A DNA stretch of 64,000 nucleotides from NCBI GenBank assembly GCA_963695855.1, contig CAVOHZ010000010.1, forward strand, positions 640,001 through 704,000. Direction: 5' to 3'. Numbering within the stretch: position 1 is the first letter of the stretch; the number at the start of each line of letters is the position of its first letter. The notes below the pieces were generated by a model. The model was not told the origin of the DNA. It did not search any database and saw only the letters and a program-made list of their open reading frames with translations. The DNA comes from an uncultured Nitrososphaerales archaeon. GTDB taxonomy: Archaea > Thermoproteota > Nitrososphaeria > Nitrososphaerales > Nitrososphaeraceae. Below are positions 60,354 through 64,000 of the stretch, in pieces. The position numbers and the translations under genes are program-made.

Positions 60354-61553
60354 TTGAACGAAGGAATGAGCGGTAAACAAATTATTTATTTGGATAATGC
60401 AGCTTCTACACCTGTTATCGAAGAAGTAATTGACGAAATGATTCCATATCTTGGTAATTTATTTGGAAATCCTTCTTCAGTTCATCAATTTGGTAGGAAA
60501 TCAAAACTGGCTATCCAAAGGTCTAGAAAAAAAGTTGCTGATTTAATAGGAGCGAAACCCAATGAGATCTTTTTTACTTCTGGAGGAACGGAATCTGACA
60601 ATCTTGCGCTTAAGGGTTTGAGCAAATTTTACAAAGATAAAGATAAAAATCATATCATCACCAGTGTCATAGAACATGATGCAATTTTAGAAACTTGCAG
60701 AGAGCTAGAAAGTGATGGTTTTGATGTTACGTATTTAGAAGTTGGTAGAGAAGGCATAGTCAATCCCGAAACTATCAAAAAATTCCTCAGTAAAAGAACA
60801 ATTTTAGTGAGCATAATGTTGGTAAATAATGAAGTTGGAACTATCCAACCAATTGGAAAATTAGCTGAAATAACTCATGAGTATAACAAAAACATTATTT
60901 TTCATACTGACGCGGTTCAGGGTGTAGGTAAAATTCCAATAGATATTAACAACCTAAATGTTGATTCTTTGTCGATATCTTCACACAAGATAAATGGACC
61001 TAAAGGAGTAGGTGCACTTTATGTCAGAAATGAGATAGGGTTTAAACCTTTGATACACGGAGGTGGGCAAGAATATGGATTACGATCTGGAACCGAAAAT
61101 GTACATGGAATAATAGGGTTTGGAAAAGCCTGTGAAATTAGTTTAAAAAATTTAAAAAAAAATTGTGATTTTCTAACAAATTTGAGAAACTATCTGATTG
61201 AGAAGATCCTCAGTGAGGTGTCAGGTTCCCGTTTAAATGGATCCGTTGACAAGAGAATCCCAAGCAATACGAATTTTACATTTTTTGGGATAAACGGAGA
61301 AGATCTAATAATAAAGTTAGATGAATATGGAATTTTAGCTTCAACTGGTTCTGCATGTTCTATAAATAAAAAGAAAGCATCTCATGTTCTGAAAGCAATG
61401 GGGCTAGATCATGAGGAGATTTCAGGTTCTGTAAGATTTTCAATTGGAATACAGAATACCAAAGAAGAATTAGATAAAACGATCGACATTTTAGTAAAAA
61501 GAGTAGAAGAATTGAGGGAGATATCTCCGTATAAATCAAAATATTCTTTATAG
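60354..61553 (+). CDS. iscS: Cysteine desulfurase (IscS/NifS type)
   Basis: YLDNAASTP, FTSGGTE, HTDAVQ, SSHKINGPKG, STGSACS. Confidence 0.93.
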   Translation: MNEGMSGKQIIYLDNAASTPVIEEVIDEMIPYLGNLFGNPSSVHQFGRKSKLAIQRSRKKVADLIGAKPNEIFFTSGGTESDNLALKGLSKFYKDKDKNHIITSVIEHDAILETCRELESDGFDVTYLEVGREGIVNPETIKKFLSKRTILVSIMLVNNEVGTIQPIGKLAEITHEYNKNIIFHTDAVQGVGKIPIDINNLNVDSLSISSHKINGPKGVGALYVRNEIGFKPLIHGGGQEYGLRSGTENVHGIIGFGKACEISLKNLKKNCDFLTNLRNYLIEKILSEVSGSRLNGSVDKRIPSNTNFTFFGINGEDLIIKLDEYGILASTGSACSINKKKASHVLKAMGLDHEEISGSVRFSIGIQNTKEELDKTIDILVKRVEELREISPYKSKYSL

Positions 61554-61594
61554 AAAAAATTTATTATTGGGATTGTTAAAATATTTATAACAAT

Positions 61595-62068
61595 ATGGAA
61601 CATCACATAAGTTTGAAATTAGGGGATATCGCTCCAGATTTTGAGATACCAGATATAAATTTGAAGAATATGAGATTGAGTGATATTAAAGACAAGAAAG
61701 TAATACTTGCATTCTTTCCAGCAGCTGAATCCCCAGTGTGTACTGCAGAGATGTGTAATTTCAGAGACTCTCTGAGTGAATTCAATAATAAAAATGTTCA
61801 AGTGATTGGAATCTCTGTAGACGGACCATTTGCAAACAAATCCTTTACTGAAAATCGTCATTTGAATTTTCCTGTATTAAGTGACTATAAAAGAGAAGTA
61901 ATAAAGAATTATGGCGTAGTTATGAAGGATTTGGCTGTATTAAAAGACTACAATGCTGCAAAAAGGGCAATCTTTATTTTAGATAAAGATAAAAAAATAT
62001 CGTATAAATGGATTTCTGATAATCCTTTGATAGAACCAAACTATGATGAGATAATGCAAAATTTATAA
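61595..62068 (+). CDS. Peroxiredoxin (AhpC/TSA family)
   Basis: APDF, FFPAAESPVCTAEMC, GISVD, LSD. Confidence 0.9.
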   Translation: MEHHISLKLGDIAPDFEIPDINLKNMRLSDIKDKKVILAFFPAAESPVCTAEMCNFRDSLSEFNNKNVQVIGISVDGPFANKSFTENRHLNFPVLSDYKREVIKNYGVVMKDLAVLKDYNAAKRAIFILDKDKKISYKWISDNPLIEPNYDEIMQNL

Positions 62069-62494
62069 AAATTTTTATATTATTTTTGCTAGTTCTTTGA
62101 GATTCTGAGAAATTTTTAATAGTCTAACATAAAATAGATAACTATTTTGTTTAGATAATATCAGGGTTTTTAAAATTTCATTGAAATTACAAACATTTTG
62201 TATTACGCTGAGTTTTGAATGATGTTGTCAATATATATTATGAGAAAACGAAATAAGATATAAATGCTCGAGATTTTTGGACGCACATTATTTACTTGTT
62301 AAAGAAATTTTAACATTGAAAAGTTATAATTTTCAACTACATGAAATTTTTCTTTTATAATTGTAATTGATCAAATGAAAATACTATGTTATTCCTTTCT
62401 CCAAATATTGTATTTTTTATTGATTGTTTTGAATTAGTCATAATCATAAATGGAGGTTTTAAAAATAATATGAAAATAATATCATATTTGTCTA

Positions 62495-63010
62495 TTATTC
62501 TATTATTGCAACAACTTCATACCTTGATACTGTTGACCCTTCACTAACTTTTATTTCCTTTAAAAGACCGTCTTTATGGGCTTTTATAGCAACTTGCATT
62601 TTCATTGATTCTAGAATCACTATTGGATCTCCCTCCTTTATTGGTTCTCCCGTGGTACCGGAAATTTTGACCACACGACCAGGAATTTGACTTTTAACAA
62701 TATTTGCTTGACTTATAGAACCTTTTGATTTAAGAGACTTTTCAATAATTTCTGTTAACAATTTTGAATGTTTCTTGATTTCTATGTTGACCCCATCCAC
62801 ATAAACCTTATATTTTGGTCCATCAGAGTGTAAAATTTTTACATTATGAAAGGTATTTCCTAAAATAAATTCAAAATCGGATGTACTTGATTTCAAGAGT
62901 TTTAGTTCATAATCTTTATCATTTATTCTAAACACCATTTCTCCAGAACCTTTATTACGTATTACTTCTGCCTTGATAAGACCAGATTCGCCCTCAAGTT
63001 GGAATTCCAC
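62495..63010 (-). CDS. accB: Biotin carboxyl carrier protein of acetyl-/propionyl-CoA carboxylase
   Basis: SQIPGRV...ILESMKMQ biotinylation motif. Confidence 0.92.
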   Translation of the reverse strand: MEFQLEGESGLIKAEVIRNKGSGEMVFRINDKDYELKLLKSSTSDFEFILGNTFHNVKILHSDGPKYKVYVDGVNIEIKKHSKLLTEIIEKSLKSKGSISQANIVKSQIPGRVVKISGTTGEPIKEGDPIVILESMKMQVAIKAHKDGLLKEIKVSEGSTVSRYEVVAIIE

Positions 63011-64000
63011 TAGACAATACCTCCACTAGAATTCTGTATGATTTTGTCTTGATTTTGATCTGAATAATACTTTTTAACGTATTCTGATTGTAGTAATAAA
63101 GCTGACACAGCCGCATGGGATTTACTTTCGTATTCCCGACTCCTTCTCTGTAGCATTTTTTGCATTATGTCATATTTTTCAATATAATTTGTAGACATAT
63201 TTCCATTAATGAAATTTTCTTCTTCAATAATTGTCTTATGTATTGGAATAGTGGTATTAATTCCTTCAATATTAAATTCTGATAATGCATTTCTCATACG
63301 AAGCCGCGCTTCTTCAAAATCACTTCCGTATGTTATCAATTTCGCTACTAGCGAATCATAATATCCAGACACGTTACATCCTGGGTATAGATAAGTATCA
63401 ACCCGTACTCCTGGACCATATGGAATATTACAAGTTGGCACATATCCTACGGAGGGGCTAAAATCATCAAATGGGTCTTCTGAATTTATACGGCATTCTA
63501 TGGCACATCCTCTTAGTTCAAGATCTTCCTGCTTGAATTCTATATCTTCTCCTTCAGCAACTTTAATTTGTAATTTGACAAGATCTTTGCCTGTTACTAG
63601 TTCCGTTACAGGATGTTCTACCTGCAACCTAGCATTAATTTCAATAAAATAGAAATTTCCTGATGAATCGGATAAGAATTCTGCTGTCCCTGCATTTAAA
63701 TAATCCAATGCGGATGCCGCACGTACTGCAATCTCTCCAACTTTAGCACGGGTGTGTTTATCGACAACAGGAGATGGAGACATTTCTATTAATTTTTGGT
63801 GACGGCGTTGTATGGAACATTCTCTTTCAAACAAATGTCGACAGTTTCCACTAGAATCGCTTATTAGCTGATATTCGATGTGTCGAATATTCTCAAGGTA
63901 TTTCTCAACAAACAAAGCAGATTTCCCAAAAGCAGATTTAGATTCATTTGATGCCAATTCAAATTCTTGTCTTAACTCTTTTTCATTTGTAACTAATCGA
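63010..64000 (-). CDS. accC: Biotin carboxylase subunit, C-terminal part (runs off right edge)
   Basis: ERECSIQRRHQK, EINARLQVEHPVTE, RINSEDP, YYDSLVAKLI. Confidence 0.95.
   Translation of the reverse strand, partial: RLVTNEKELRQEFELASNESKSAFGKSALFVEKYLENIRHIEYQLISDSSGNCRHLFERECSIQRRHQKLIEMSPSPVVDKHTRAKVGEIAVRAASALDYLNAGTAEFLSDSSGNFYFIEINARLQVEHPVTELVTGKDLVKLQIKVAEGEDIEFKQEDLELRGCAIECRINSEDPFDDFSPSVGYVPTCNIPYGPGVRVDTYLYPGCNVSGYYDSLVAKLITYGSDFEEARLRMRNALSEFNIEGINTTIPIHKTIIEEENFINGNMSTNYIEKYDIMQKMLQRRSREYESKSHAAVSALLLQSEYVKKYYSDQNQDKIIQNSSGGIV

Overview
AT-rich chromosomal window from an ammonia-oxidising archaeon (Nitrososphaerota, most likely Nitrososphaeraceae). The attribution rests on the archaeal shikimate pathway (aroA'/aroB'), class I LysRS, CdvB/ESCRT-III, 3HP/4HB-cycle carboxylase subunits and typical thaumarchaeal integrase/IS remnants. 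Most of the window is core genome: aro operon, tRNA modification genes, pyrB, purM, nrdJ, thiolase-DUF35, the uL18-secY-adk-cmk-cbf5 cluster, larB-mdh/larCE-iscS and accBC. Two intron-containing tRNAs (Arg-CCT with a non-canonical 15/16 intron; Ser-GGA with a 37/38 intron) each anchor decayed integrated elements marked by degenerate att copies. There are three degraded IS elements, one carrying a nested ~120-bp MITE, and several small ORFs missed by the ORF track. The best candidate for an undescribed system is a wHTH + ATP-cone + class III RNR-fold protein that lacks the glycyl-radical loop, sits directly upstream of the class II RNR gene nrdJ, and has a perfect inverted repeat in its promoter region; it may be a pseudo-enzyme dNTP-sensing regulator. 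All calls come from motif recognition by eye; no database searches were run.
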